From: Mizuhopecten yessoensis
Taxonomy: Eukaryota
Assembly: GCF_002113885.1 (NCBI RefSeq)
Contig: NW_018408783.1
Span: 1,378,819-1,442,818, forward strand
DNA length: 64,000 nt
Reading direction: 5' to 3'
In this document: in pieces, positions 26,954 to 39,756 of the stretch
Position numbering within the stretch: the stretch's first letter is position 1
How the letters are laid out: the number at the start of each line of letters is the position of its first letter
The notes under the pieces: model-generated
What the model was told of the DNA's origin: nothing
The model's input: the letters and a program-made list of their open reading frames with translations, nothing else
The model's database searches: none
Translations under genes and position numbers: made by a program

Positions 26954-29109
26954 ATGGCGAAAAACATAGAGGATTACAAAGTCAACGGATGTGATTGCGA
27001 ATCAGTTCCATTTAATGAAAGTGCTAACGAGGATGGAAAAGAGGAATGCCAGACGAAGGCCCCTATCAAAGAATATCGATCATTTCTACACGAGATTCTT
27101 CATAACGATGCCACTAGATTCAAGACCTTGCTGAGTGTATGCGCCGCTTCAGGTTTCTGCATACTGGTTTGTTATATTTTCTTTGTTTGTATGGTTGAAT
27201 TATATTAAAGATGATGATCTCATGTAGTGATTACAATTTCCCGTTTCGTATTCTGGTCAACACTGGCCCATATCTTTTCTAGTTTTCCTTTGGGCAACAG
27301 CAGATATTCTTAAATAAGTATATTTCATGATAGCCGTAACAGATTGAATTGCAGCTACAGTAGGTTTAGTGATATACATCTTTATGAATGTGTTTGATTC
27401 ATATTCTACGAAACTGAGTTTGATACACAAATAAAACATGTTTTTAAATGACAACGTCTATATATTGCCAGGGATGGACAAAAGGCCAGTTCGGACCTGC
27501 ATTCTTAGATATTCTGCTCATCTGTAGCACAAGCCTTGAAGAAGGATCTTTGTTCATGACGTCGTATTTTATAGGAAGGGTGATGGGTTCTATTCTAGGA
27601 GGAGCTATTTATTCCAGACTAAACAGATACCTTATTCTTGTAGTCGCCATGACTACCAACAGTCTCATGTTTGCCGTCATACCATGGTGTACAGTATATG
27701 AAATGATGATTGCTGCGCATGTTCTACATGGTATTTCCGGTGGAGTGATGTCTGTTTGTAAGTTACATTATCCTGGTTTATTGTACATTTGCTTTAAACA
27801 AAAATTAAAAAGGGAGCAGTCTCTTGTTTCTCTATTTATTCACATATACATAGTATTATCATCTCTAATGCATTATTGAAGAACAGTGTGAATTTAAGCA
27901 AATATACCCAATTGTTAAATATATTTAAGGATATTTTCTTTTCATGTTGATTACAATATAATTTTACTGTAATCTAAATTACTGACCATTGAAATACTGT
28001 ACGTCAAGGTTTCATCAGTATCGTTGATGCATGTATTTTTTATGTACAAAAAAATGTTCATTTAATATGTATCTAAATAGGTTATTTATTCATATCAATG
28101 GAACACTTTATGTATCATTTCAGCTTTAATATCGATAGCAGCGTCAATCTGGGGAACTTCGGCGAGGGGTAGGGTGTATATGAACATCTTCTACGCTGCT
28201 TATGCTATCTTTGGATTCCTCTCGCCCATTGTGACGTCACCGTTCTTGATTCCAACAACGACAGATGTCACGATATACAATGCATCTCTGAACGTATCTA
28301 ACGAAATGTTCGATGACGTCAATGGAAACGGCTCTTACATCCAATCTGTTCCGAAGTTAAATGCGACTCATACAGAATCACCCGAATCCAGACTTTATAT
28401 AGCTTTTTCAATTTCAGCTGGATTTGCATTTTTGGTCACAATTCCATTTGTTGTATTATTTTTCAAATCACCACAACAATCAGAGAATAAAGTCAGGATC
28501 GACGAGTTACGTTTCATTGGCGATCTTCCAATATTGATAAAGATACTTCAATTTGTAAATGTTGGAATATTTTCAGCTGTGTTCGTTGCAATGAATTATT
28601 CATTTAGCGGCTTTCTGACAGTGTTTTGTGTTCAACATTTGTAATGGACAAAGACAGCCGGTTCCATGTTAACATCCGTGGCGTTTTTTGCTTTACTTTC
28701 CGGTAGGATCTTTGGAGCGGTACTGACAAACTTCCTCAAACCAGTCCCTATGCTATTGCTATCCATCATATCGTGTACCGTAGGATTTGTTGGACTTTCA
28801 GTAAGCGCCGTTTTTCTGGCTGATGTAGGAATATGGATATCTGTATGTGTTATAGGAACACCTTTGGGTGTTGTTTGGCCAAGTTTTCTGAGTTGGATCA
28901 ACGAGAATTTAATTCCCCTTCGAGGTAAAGTGACTGCATACCTAATGATAACTGCCTTTGCTGGGGCGCTCCTGAGTCCGATGTTGTTCGGATATATGAT
29001 GGAAGAGGTATCGCCAATATGGTTCTGTTTTTTAAGCTTAGGGAAGGCTATAGTTACTATCATCAACGTGACATTGTTTTCTCTGTATACGAGGTTCTTT
29101 CACAAATGA
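26954..29109 (+). pseudogene. MFS transporter (MFSD4/NaGLT1-like), copy B, single nonsense mutation
   Basis: Exons 26954-27166, 27472-27757, 28124-29109 with intact splice sites. CAA>TAA at 28642-28644 (QHL*WTK vs QHLQWTK in A and C). Confidence 0.88.
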
Positions 29110-31069
29110 AATAAAAAGTAGAACAGTAAACATGTAGACACATGAACATTTTAAAAGAAAAATAGGCAAACATGAGACAGGGAGGTACTTTAAATGGGTA
29201 AAACAAATGCCCTCATGCATCTTTAGAAGTGTTTAATCCAATTACGACATCACTGCGAGACATCTATTCGAACCATTACCTGTCAGAATAAAGCTCATGC
29301 GCCAAATGTATGAGGATTGCTTCGATGATTATTTAACCATAATAGCTTTTTTTTTGGTTATTACTGACTATAACTACATGCAGTATATCAAAGCTGCCTG
29401 TGTCTGTTGATAAATGGATTGATAGGTTTCTGATTTACAATATATTTTCCTTGGGGTAGATATATGTAATGAAATATATACATGACAATCTTTTCTGTTG
29501 CTACGGTGCTTGATAGAATACTGATATGTACCCCATTCAGACATCGGGTCGGTCAGTTTGGTTCAGTTCAGTTTTGTTTGATGAATTGAGCTTAGAGTCA
29601 TATCAACAGCTATGGTCAATTAAGTGAAGCACTTCCATGTGTGAAATGTATGCGGTGTAATGGGGGCATGTTACTGGTGTATATGTGAATGCCGATTTAA
29701 GAGTACTACCTTGTAAAAATACCATGCCTCAGATACGTATCACAAGCGTCAAAATAGTCATATTCTACTAACAACGAGTACATTAGTCAATATCGCTTTC
29801 AATATAAAGCTTACTTCAATTAATCCAATTAACAGAACCAATCACCACCCTTTCTTGGCCAAGTGCAGGGTTTTTAAGAAAGGCGTTAGGGATAAAACAG
29901 GTAATAGATAGAAAAGGACATATAAAAAAAACTTTGAGATTCGCAAACCAGTTTTATTATGGCCTCTGCTGTGTCACCAACGAGAAGGTTCAATTGCGAA
30001 TACATAATACTACAAGGGGGTTACTTTATAAATCGTCTTTTACGAATCATTCAGAGAATAAAACATGTTCGGTTTTTGCTTTGCTTTCCGGTAAGATCTT
30101 TGGAGGGGTACTGACAAACTTTCTCAAACCAGTCCCTATGCTAGTCCTATCCTGTCGTGTATCGTAGGATTTGCGAATCATTCGGAGAATAAAACATGTT
30201 CGGTTTTTGCTTTATTTGTGGTTGTTTTTTAAACATTATTTTATAAACCATACTTATTCTATGGTTTATGTTTTTCTCATTTTTTTATCACCTCCTACCA
30301 ATACTTGTTTTCTGTATTTTTATATTCTTCATATGTTTTGTTATAAATATATATATAGAAATCTGCCTATATGTAGACATGGACTTCAAACGAAGAAATG
30401 CAATTTACCAATTTAAATGCAATATCCCATTTACTTTTGTATGTAAATGTCAATAACATAATACGATAACATATTTCTGCATTCTCCGTCAGTATTACTG
30501 AATGGGTAGATATTTAAACTTGCAAAAGTCTTCAAACACAAATTAAAATATCCATTTACTCGTTAAGTAATCATGTATTCACTGATAAATTCACCTGTGA
30601 GTCAAACTTGAATTCATCGAGCAAATTCACTGAGAGACTTTGCTCTATCAAAAGACGTATTCTTCTTTAATTTATTCGTCATTTATTTATGATTAAATCT
30701 GTTATTAAAGCTAAATAATTACTTTTTATGTTATATGAATGCATGTATATCAATTTAACAAACGTCAATGAAAAACTCGCATAAACAAATGTCAAAACAA
30801 TTATTTCCAGTTTGTAAAACTCACTACTGTTACTTGCTGTTCACAGACATTTTGTTGTTGCGAGTACCTTTTTACTTTCTATACTTAAGTAACTGATTTA
30901 TGTTTTCTAACGCCTGTTTTGGGTGCCTGGTGTAGCGTATGTTGGTAGCCTTTTGACGTTTGTCGTAGCCTCCTTCAACCCAATCAGTATAAGCATTCTG
31001 TATATTATTTTGGCAGACTCACACTGCTCACTTTGGTAGCAACGTGAAGCCTTGTTGTTTGCCTCTGTA

Positions 31070-32470
31070 ACTTCTTTTGGTAGCCTCTTAGTCTCTGTAG
31101 ATTCTTTTGATAGCCCCTTAGTCTCTGTAGCTTCTTTTGCTAGCTCCTTAGTCTCTGTAGCTTCTTTTTATAGCCTCTTAGTCTCTGTAGATTCTTTTGA
31201 TAGCCCCTTAGTCACTGTAGATTCTTTTGATAACCACATAGTCTCTGTAGCTTTTTGTGATAGCCTCTTAGTCTCTGTATCTTCTTTTGATAGCCTCTTA
31301 GTCTCTGTAGATTCTTTTGATAGCCCCTTAGTCTCTGTAGCTTCTTTTGATATACTCTTTGATTCTGTAGCTTCTTTGATAGACTCTTATTATCTGTAAC
31401 TTCTTTTGATAGCCTCTTAGTCTCTGTAGCTTCTTTTGGTAGCCACCTTATTCTCTTTAACTTCTTTTGATAGCCTCCTAGTCTCTGTATCTTCTTTTGA
31501 TAACTCCTTACTCTCTGTAGCTTCTTTTGATAGCCTCTTAGTCGCTGTAGCTTCTTTTGATAGCCTCTTAGTCTCTGTAGCTTCTTTTGATAGCCCGTTA
31601 GTCTCTGTAGCTTCTTTTGATATACTCTTAGTCTCTGTATCTTCTTTTGGTAGCCCCTTACCCTCTGTAGCTTCTTTTGATAGCCTCTTAGTCTCTGTAG
31701 CTTCTTTTGATAGCCCCTTAGTCTCTGTATCTTCTTTTGATAGACTCTTAGTCTCTGTATCTTCTTTTGGTAGCCCCTTAGTCTCTGTAGCTTCTTTTGA
31801 TAGCTTCTTAGTCTCTGTATCTTCTTTTGATAGCCCCTTAGTCTCTGTAGCTTCTTTTGGTAGACTCTTAGTCTCTGTATCTTCTTTTGATAGCCCCTTA
31901 GTCTCTGTAGCTTCTTTTGATAGACTCTTAGTCTCTGTAGCTTCTTTTGATAGCCTCTTAGTCTCTGTATCTTCCTTTGGTAGCCCCTTAGTCTCTGTAG
32001 CTTCTTTTGATAGCCTCTTAGTCTCTGTAGCTTCTTTTGATAGCCCCTTAGTCTTTGTAGCTTCTTTTGATAGACTCTTAGTCTCTGTAGCTTCTTTTGA
32101 TAGCCTCTTAGTCTCTGTAGCTTCTTTTGATAGCCCCTTAGTCTCTGTAGCTTCTTTTGATAGACTCTTAGTCTCTGTAGCTTCTTTTGATAGCCTCTTA
32201 GTCTCTGTATCTTCTTTTGATAGCCCCTTAGTCTCTGTAGCTTCTTTTGATAGCCTCTTAGTCTCTGTAGCTTCTTTTGATAGCCCCTTAGTCTCTGTAG
32301 CTTCTTTTGATAGACTCTTAGTCTCTGTAGCTTCTTTTGATAGCCCCTTAGTCTCTGTAGCTTCTTTTGATATACTCTTTGATTCTTTAGCTTCTTTTGA
32401 TAGCCACCTTATTATCTTTAACTTCTTTTGATAGCCCCCTTAATCTCTGTTGCTTCTGTTGATAGCCTCT
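31070..32470. repeat. Homogeneous 30-bp minisatellite (TAGCC(T/C)CTTAGTCTCTGTAGCTTCTTTTGA)
   Basis: Strict 30-nt phase over most of 31441-32400; paralog of 16853-18700. Confidence 0.96.
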
Positions 32471-32748
32471 TGTAACTTATGTTAGCAACCTCATGAAGTT
32501 TGTATAATATGTATTGAAACGAGTGATTTCAGTTATGCTCTACTAATTTGTAGCTTAATTTAAATAAGTTGAGGCTCATTAATAGAGTCCCTTCAAGTTT
32601 TGTTGTGTCCTTAACCATTGTTATATATGGACGGCATGATGTCGTTTTTCCAGTTCAATATGTAGCTCTCTTACCTATAACATGCTGATATTAGAACTCA
32701 GATGATCTTGTGTAACCATCCTGCCAGATCGGTATTTTTCACATATAT

Positions 32749-33630
32749 ATACTACTCACATTTTGCTAAGGATCACCTATATTTTGAAAACAAAATCAAA
32801 ATCAAAGAATGTAATATTTTCCTTCCGTACTGTTTTTGGCGAATATGTTAGTCTTCCGAATCGTCCTGTGTGGATGTGTTCAGTCAACCATAAAGGCGCT
32901 TGCACGCTTTTAAACGTGTACACCCCCTTCAAAAGCTAAGATAGGCTAGGAAAGGTGTTGTTCAAATTGTTAAGGAAATCAATTTGATGAATATTCTTTG
33001 CGTGTTTTTGTTTTAATATGGCACAAAGACGAACCAGACTACGGTTAAATGAATAGGGGCATCGGAATAATGCAAGCTAGCATGTCTCAACGTCAGGTTG
33101 CAGCTTGGAGTGTCTGTACGTGTTGTAGCAAGAATGTGGAATCGTTTCCAAACTAAAGGAAACCCTTCCAGGCGTCATGCTGGAGGTCGTTCAAGGGCTA
33201 CAATGCAGCGCCAATATCAACTAATGCTCATACAGGTTCCAGACTGCCACAGCTTTACTGAATGGCCACCTAAATGCTTCTGGTACCCGGGTTGCCACTC
33301 AGACAGTTAGAAACCTTCTTCATGATGCTGGTTTAAGTTCATGTAGACCAGAAATTCGAGTTCCCTTAACCGCCTGCCATGTTAGGGGCCGATTAGATTG
33401 GGCCACAGCTCATAGCACTTGGACTCTTTGGGAATGGCAACCGGTTCTTTTTACTGACGAGTCCAGACTCTGTTTCGACTTCATCGGCAGGCATGTAAGA
33501 GTAATGAGACAACCTGAGGAGAGGTTCCACGCTGGTAACGTTGTGGAACATAACCGATATGACGGAGGTTCAGTGATGGTGTGGGGAGGCATAAGCCTTA
33601 GTGGGAAAACCGAACTCCTATTAACGTACA
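32749..33630 (+). mobile_element. 3'-truncated Tc1/mariner element of a second family
   Basis: Decayed transposase from ~33018: AIGIMQASMSQRQVA, GGRSRAT, VLFTDESR, GGGSVMVWGGI-like. Ends before the second D. Probable left terminus (TA)TACTACTCACATTTTGCTAAGGATCAC. Confidence 0.75.
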
Positions 33631-34054
33631 CCAGCGGCGAGCTTTTGGTCAAGTATGCATATTATTAGTTATAATGAGCCAGAAGACCCATCCTACTACA
33701 GAGATAACGAATGTGTCACCCTGACATTTTTTTTATTCATTATTGTTCTGCAAAATTATAAGTCGCTTTGTGAGATTGAGTTGTACTTGACTGCTACAAA
33801 AATAGCCCCTACCGGTTACCTTTTCGGCAATATTTCGGACAAAACACTACCATCTTTGTAATTAGCACCCTAGAGGCCCCCTCATTGCCTGTTTCGTTGA
33901 ATTTGCTGTCAATAAAGTAGGCTATTTCATCATGAGAAGAATTGGCATCTTTGTTGTTCTAAAGACAGATTTTAGTTTGAGTTATCTCCCCTTGCACATG
34001 CTTCCCTGATATCCAATCAGAAAAAGTGCTACAAATTAGAAGGGTGACAATTTC

Positions 34055-35197
34055 TACTAGCGGAAAAAAGAAACTGTGCATGCCTAATATGTGTTATAAA
34101 AATAAATGTTTATCACGTAGAACAACAAGGTTTTCAGGGACAATTTATTTGTTATTTATTAACAGTTGCATTTCATTTTCCACGTTATGGAATCAATAAG
34201 TTCCGCTCAGGAGTGACGTAAACACAGCAGGGGTCAATACTGAGTTCACAAAATTAATACCTCGTATGTCCACCGTTCGCCTGAATGCAAGCCTGGCAAC
34301 GTCGACGCCTTTAGCCTATCAAACGGTTCAAGAATGCTTGTGGGATGGCATTCCAGATCTGTTCCAACGCTGCAGCCAAATCAGCCAACGTCACCGGTTG
34401 ATTAGGTAAGCCCGTCATCTGCGATGCGATGCCGCCCCAAATCATAACGCTGCCTCCGCCGAAAGAACGTCGTTGTACCACACAGTTGTCACTAAAACGT
34501 TCTCTTACGCGACGATACACTCTGGAATGGCCGTCACTACTATCCAGGTGGACTCGCGACTCGTTCGTAAACAAAATGTCTGCCCAATCCCGTCGAGTAA
34601 ATCGCAGATGCCTTCTGCACCAGCCCAGACGTGATGCACGATGACGTGGCAGAAGAACTGGGCGGATTGTAGAACGTGGCGGACGGATAGCTGGTTCACG
34701 CAATCGGTTCCGTACAGTTCTCGGACTTATTGGTATTAACACAAGGATTGCCCGTGTAGTCAAAACTTACCGTTTGGAAGCGATTTCTCAAATTGACAAG
34801 CCGAATATGGTTGTCCTATTGACGTGACGTTACACGTGGACGTCCCGCACGAGGTCGACCGCCGACGTGGCCAAACTTTTTATGTCGTCTCCACAAATGC
34901 CGGATTGTGTTGCGATGGACATGAAAACGTGAACGGCTTGGCACATACCAGCTTGAAGCATTCCAATAATGCGGAGGCGGTAATTTTATTGAGCCTTGGC
35001 ATAGCATTAATCACAAATTAAAATGTTATAATGCTATTTTTACTGAGAGCAAACTGCGCGAGAAAAACCGTCAATGACACACGGATAGTGTGTATGTGTC
35101 ATACTCGGTCATGTGTGTTAATTTTCATGTATATACAATTGGTACTACATGTTCTATAACAATTCTCCGCAAAGCACAGTTTTTTTTCCCGCTAGTA
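34055..35197 (-). mobile_element. Internally deleted Tc1/mariner element with TIRs
   Basis: TIRs TACTAGCGGAAAAAAGAAACTGTGC / GCACAGTTTTTTTTCCCGCTAGTA with TA at both ends. The transposase is frameshifted and jumps from WGGI to the C-terminus, lacking the D34E region. Confidence 0.88.
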
Positions 35198-35897
35198 TAC
35201 AATGAAGGAAGAGTATCGGTACTTTTATAATAATTGTGTTTTAGGTAAAGATAGGAGTATTTGATAGAACACTAATGTTGTGTTTATATTTGATAAGACG
35301 CTATTACAATATGTGTATATATTGATTTTGTGTTTATATTTTGTAAGATGACAGTGCAATATGTGTATATATTGATTTTGTGTTTTATGTGTTGTAAGAT
35401 GACAGTGCTCCGGGTCTATAAAAACCAGACGGGGTCTATGAGCCTGTAGACCCCTCCTAACCCAGAGATATAACTAATATTGTATCTTATTAAATGACTG
35501 GTGCTAATTCCCAGCCCTGATTGGAGGAGCGACGTCACGTGACGAGTCTGTAAATATGTTACAGACCTCGTTCTATAAATAGAAAAGTGTTACAGACATC
35601 GACCTTTATATAGAAAAGTGTTACAGACCGCTACTAAAAATAGACCGAGGTAATTTCCCAGACAGTCTTTAAATCTGTTACCATTCACACTACTGAATTC
35701 AACTACAGTTCAAATAATTTTTCAAATAATATTTATTTGAAATTAAATATCACATGAATTGAATCTAAAATTCAATTTTTGTGTATGTTATTTTGTATTT
35801 AAAGTCCTTCACTCTGTGATTCTAAAATGGTCCATGCCATCCATGTGTTTATGACATGAAAAATTATTAATCTTATTGTAAAATGTCATATAATAAA

Positions 35898-36041
35898 ACA
35901 ATTGTGGACTTCAGTTTCGGTCTATCCCTGATTTACGGACCTGGTCTGAACAATATTCACCTCGGCCTTCGGCCTCTGTGAATATTGTTCAGACCAGGTC
36001 CGTAAATCAGGGATAGACCTCACCTGAAGTCCATAATTGTA
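35898..36041. repeat. Long palindrome: perfect 42-bp inverted repeat with 17-nt loop and imperfect outer arms
   Basis: 35919-35960 is the exact reverse complement of 35978-36019. Outer arms ACAATTGTGGACTTCAG / CTGAAGTCCATAATTGT. Confidence 0.95.
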
Positions 36042-39000
36042 TAATGTTCCATTCTTATATGTACATGTATGTTCAATTCATATGTCATTTATATCGCTGT
36101 AATACATTCTATGTTGGTGAATAGTTTCCTAAATATTTTGTATTGTTTGTCTTTTAGATGTCCACTGGCTGTTTATGTTATGATAAAAGCATAGACTACT
36201 TCTGCGTGTCTGGATGTATTCCACTCTACTACATAAAGGTAAGGTAGCATTCCAAAGGTTAAATAGCATGAATGAAAGTTACTGCTTTTGGCAGACGCCC
36301 CTTGTCATCACATTGACAATAGTGGTTTTTTAGGATTTTATCACTATTTTAGACAATTGCCTATTTATTTTCAAACTTCAAATAAAAGTGAATTATCAAA
36401 ATGCTTGAAATGAGTTTGCGCATCAAAATATTTCTGTCAAAATTGAGATCAATATTAGTATGTAATGGAAATCGCCACCTCTATCGGGACCTTCAAAAAT
36501 ATGAAAAACTACATTTAGGACCATACTTATGTTGATTAAGATAACTATACATATGGTCTCTACTACACGTTTTAATCTTATCGGACTGTAAGTCGTACAC
36601 AAACACTACACAATATACTCGTGTATAGGCTACTATGTCAAGCATGTAGCGTCAATGAAGAGTGCTGTAATAGTTGTGCTACTATCTGATCTACGATGGC
36701 GTTAACACACCAAACGGACAAGTTGTGTACGCATGTTAGTACATTGCATCACGTTATAAACTCGTTGAGCAATTAACGGAAACTTTGGAAGTTGTTTGTT
36801 TCTCATCTATTCAAAAACTTATTTGAACATAATACGCCATAGATTCCTCTTGGCAGCGAAATTAAACTAAAGGACATCCAAACCATCCATGATATATTGA
36901 AGGCAAAAATACATTCTCCTTAACAAATATAATTTCATATACGATATGGAACTAGGAATGGTGAATGAGAAGGACAATTGAATATGTTTGCTTTGCTTCT
37001 TGTATTGCTTACCGGCCCTTCCAAAATATGAGTAATCTAGGGCGAAATAACACTTTGAAATAGACATTTACAAAAATGATTACATCAAACTAAAACAAAA
37101 TAGGTGAGAATATGTTTAGGATGTTAAAATACACCAGTATCCAACAAATCGGTTATAAAATAAAAATGTTATCGTAAAGTTCAATGGAATGTAAATAGTC
37201 ATATATATTAATTGCACAGAAACTGTAGCAAATCATCTTTTCAAAGACGGTGCGTTATAGAATATGTCACATATTTATTTGAAATCAGCTCATTCTATCA
37301 TAAAATGTTTGACTATAAATTTTGATAACATTAATGGCAATAAAGCTGGTCTCCAATACGTACCTATACATAGTCCCTGCGATCTGCTCTACTTGTTGCA
37401 TATGGACCCTTATAAGTTGTATTTTTAATATCTCGCTGTTTATTTCTTCAGACCCTTTAGTTTGCCAAATAGTTTTAATACAGTTTGCTATAGTAGCTTT
37501 AAATTTAGAAAAAGACAATTTATCTACATTTCGGTTCTAGGACAGTTAAATACGTGTATGTAGCGTGATATACAAAGCATAACATTATAACTGATGTGCT
37601 GTCAAAGACAGACAACTGCATACAGAGTCTGTCCTCTGTTCTCCATTTAGTTATTTTATTTACTAAATGAAAGTTATTATTCAATATCAATCGTGTATAT
37701 TAAAGGTTACGGTTCACGTACTATCAGCAACAATTCATCTTATTACCTCCGTTGAATACCATATAAATGTATAGCTTATTAATCTGACATTTAAAAAAAG
37801 AAAAATGTATTGAACAAACCAAACATATTAATTGCATTTTTCCATTTGAGTGTTACATGCTATACAAATAAATTATGGAGAGTTTCATAAGTAAATCAAC
37901 TTAAGTCAAATGTTGTTTATATGTAACAATTTCCAATTGTTCAATTACGATTTGTTTCCTTTTATATGGTCATTTGAAACAGGAAGTATATTTACAAGGT
38001 TAAATAAAACAATTACACATATGAATGCCGCGTCGATTAAATACATTGTAGAATTAGCGTGACCTTTTTCAGAGTTTATTTAAACAATAAGGTCATTAGG
38101 CATGACTTGGTGATTATGGTACATAGACTGACTACAAATAAAGTAAATGGTTATTAGACGACACCAACAGTTTATCGATAAATAATATATCAGTTTGTGG
38201 TAGGTTCCCCCTGAGTGGGACAGACATGAATACGATCAATGAAAACAGCCCATAAATATTCAAAGGGATGCTAATGTATATCAGGAGAAATCAAGAAACA
38301 CTTATTATCGGAGAACAAAACTGGTTTTGCTGACAGGTGTTATTATAATTATTTCCACTAGGAAACAACGCTGAGGATAACACAGTATATGAATACGTAT
38401 GGGGTTTCAAAATAACTGCATACTGCTAAGGTCATTTGAAGACGGGTGCTAAGGGAGACACCGGCAAGGGGATAGGGTAAGTAAGATAGAAAACAACAGA
38501 TGTTGATCCCGAATGTTTTAGTTGGCGCAACAGGTCGATTTTGATGTCCTCGATAGTACTGTTAGTAGACGGTACAGGAGAAATATCCTGTTGCCGGTTT
38601 GTGTTTGTGTGTGTTTGACACAATAGTCTCCTGGTTTGGCATGAAGTGAGATACAGCAAGTCTTTTTGTTACCTTATCGAGGAAGCGTTTCTGTTACCTT
38701 GGCTAACGGCGATTAACGGAGGAATAGTTATTTTATTTGTTATAAAATGCATACCGTATTAGAGATACTTTTTTCGCAAAATCGTCATTTATTTACGTTA
38801 CAAAGAATTCGGCAACAGCACCAAGATCAGTCGAACGTTCTAAAATGACATTTCCATCTAATAGAGCTTTTGTTTAAAATATATTTGTTTTGGTTTATAT
38901 ATTTATTTTGTATTGTTACTACATGTAGTAAAGTCCGAATATCATGTCATTCATTAACAATTTAAAACCTGCATACTTGTTTTAGATATAAAGAAGTATT

Positions 39001-39303
39001 TTAGGTTGATCGGCAACATTTTACTGTTTTAATTATTCCAATAATATATATTTAAAGTCCGCGTGTTAGTTATATTTTAATTGCATAATATTTATGTTTG
39101 TTTATATATTTGTTGTGGGCATAAGTGACGATAAGACTTAGTCGTATAACACACCATTAACACAATAAAACATATTACAACCCAAACACTACGTTAAAAT
39201 GAAGTCAAAATGTTGTTTATCTCCTTTTGCTAAAAGGTGAAAATATAAAAACAAAAATACATTCATATTAATTGCGAAACAATATCATCAAACGAATAGA
39301 TAT

Positions 39304-39479
39304 TGTAATGCGGATTTACCTCCTCCGGAAATCGGGGTCCGGTCCCCGGATTTGATGTTAGACGCGGAAGCAGGTTATCCTGTGTTCGTTGAGTTTTACC
39401 GCCATTAAAAGGTTGCACTGAAAACTCGGACGATCTTTGTGTTGTTATTGAAGAACACAGCCAGCTATCCGGCATAACA
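39304..39479 (+). repeat. 5' LTR (176 bp)
   Basis: TGTAATGCGG...GGCATAACA, imperfect terminal inverted repeat, internal ATTAAA (candidate polyA signal). Confidence 0.97.
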
Positions 39480-39481
39480 AG

Positions 39482-39499
39482 TGGTGTCAGAAGTGGGAT
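39482..39499 (+). promoter_or_regulatory. Primer-binding site complementary to the 3' end of tRNA-Leu
   Basis: TGGTGTCAGAAGTGGGAT, 2 nt after the LTR, is the reverse complement of ...ATCCCACTTCTGACACCA, the 3' end of metazoan tRNA-Leu(CAA/CAG). Confidence 0.9.
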
Positions 39500-39756
39500 T
39501 TTGCTTATACGCCCTGCAGGGAGTCCAAAACCCGTTTCTTTTTGTGTAATGTATTGCAATTCGTACCTCAAAGTGGACAGAGGTCTGCTACAGGTAATCG
39601 CGCTGCATTTTGTGTTGTGGGTTGTTACTCGTCATTTAAATGATTATTTTGTAATTTGATTACTATAACTCATTTATAACTTTCACAAAGTAAGAGCACA
39701 ATAACTAATTTACTTGGTTTGGGTAATTTGCTGTTTTGTGTGCCTATATTTAGCCT

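Larger units (their letters stand above)
21390..32655 (+). repeat. Segmental duplication unit, copy B (contains MFS pseudogene B)
   Basis: Collinear with copy A from ~8075 and with copy C. Contains the empty sites of the Gypsy (23209-23212), Penelope (~23820) and KolobokP (~24545) insertions. Confidence 0.85.

Noticed and set aside
31436-32431. 331-aa ORF of (SLLVSVASFD)n
   Set aside because: Results from a stop-free 30-bp unit. The paralogous array in copy A is full of 2-nt frameshifts, and there is no ATG start or splice context.
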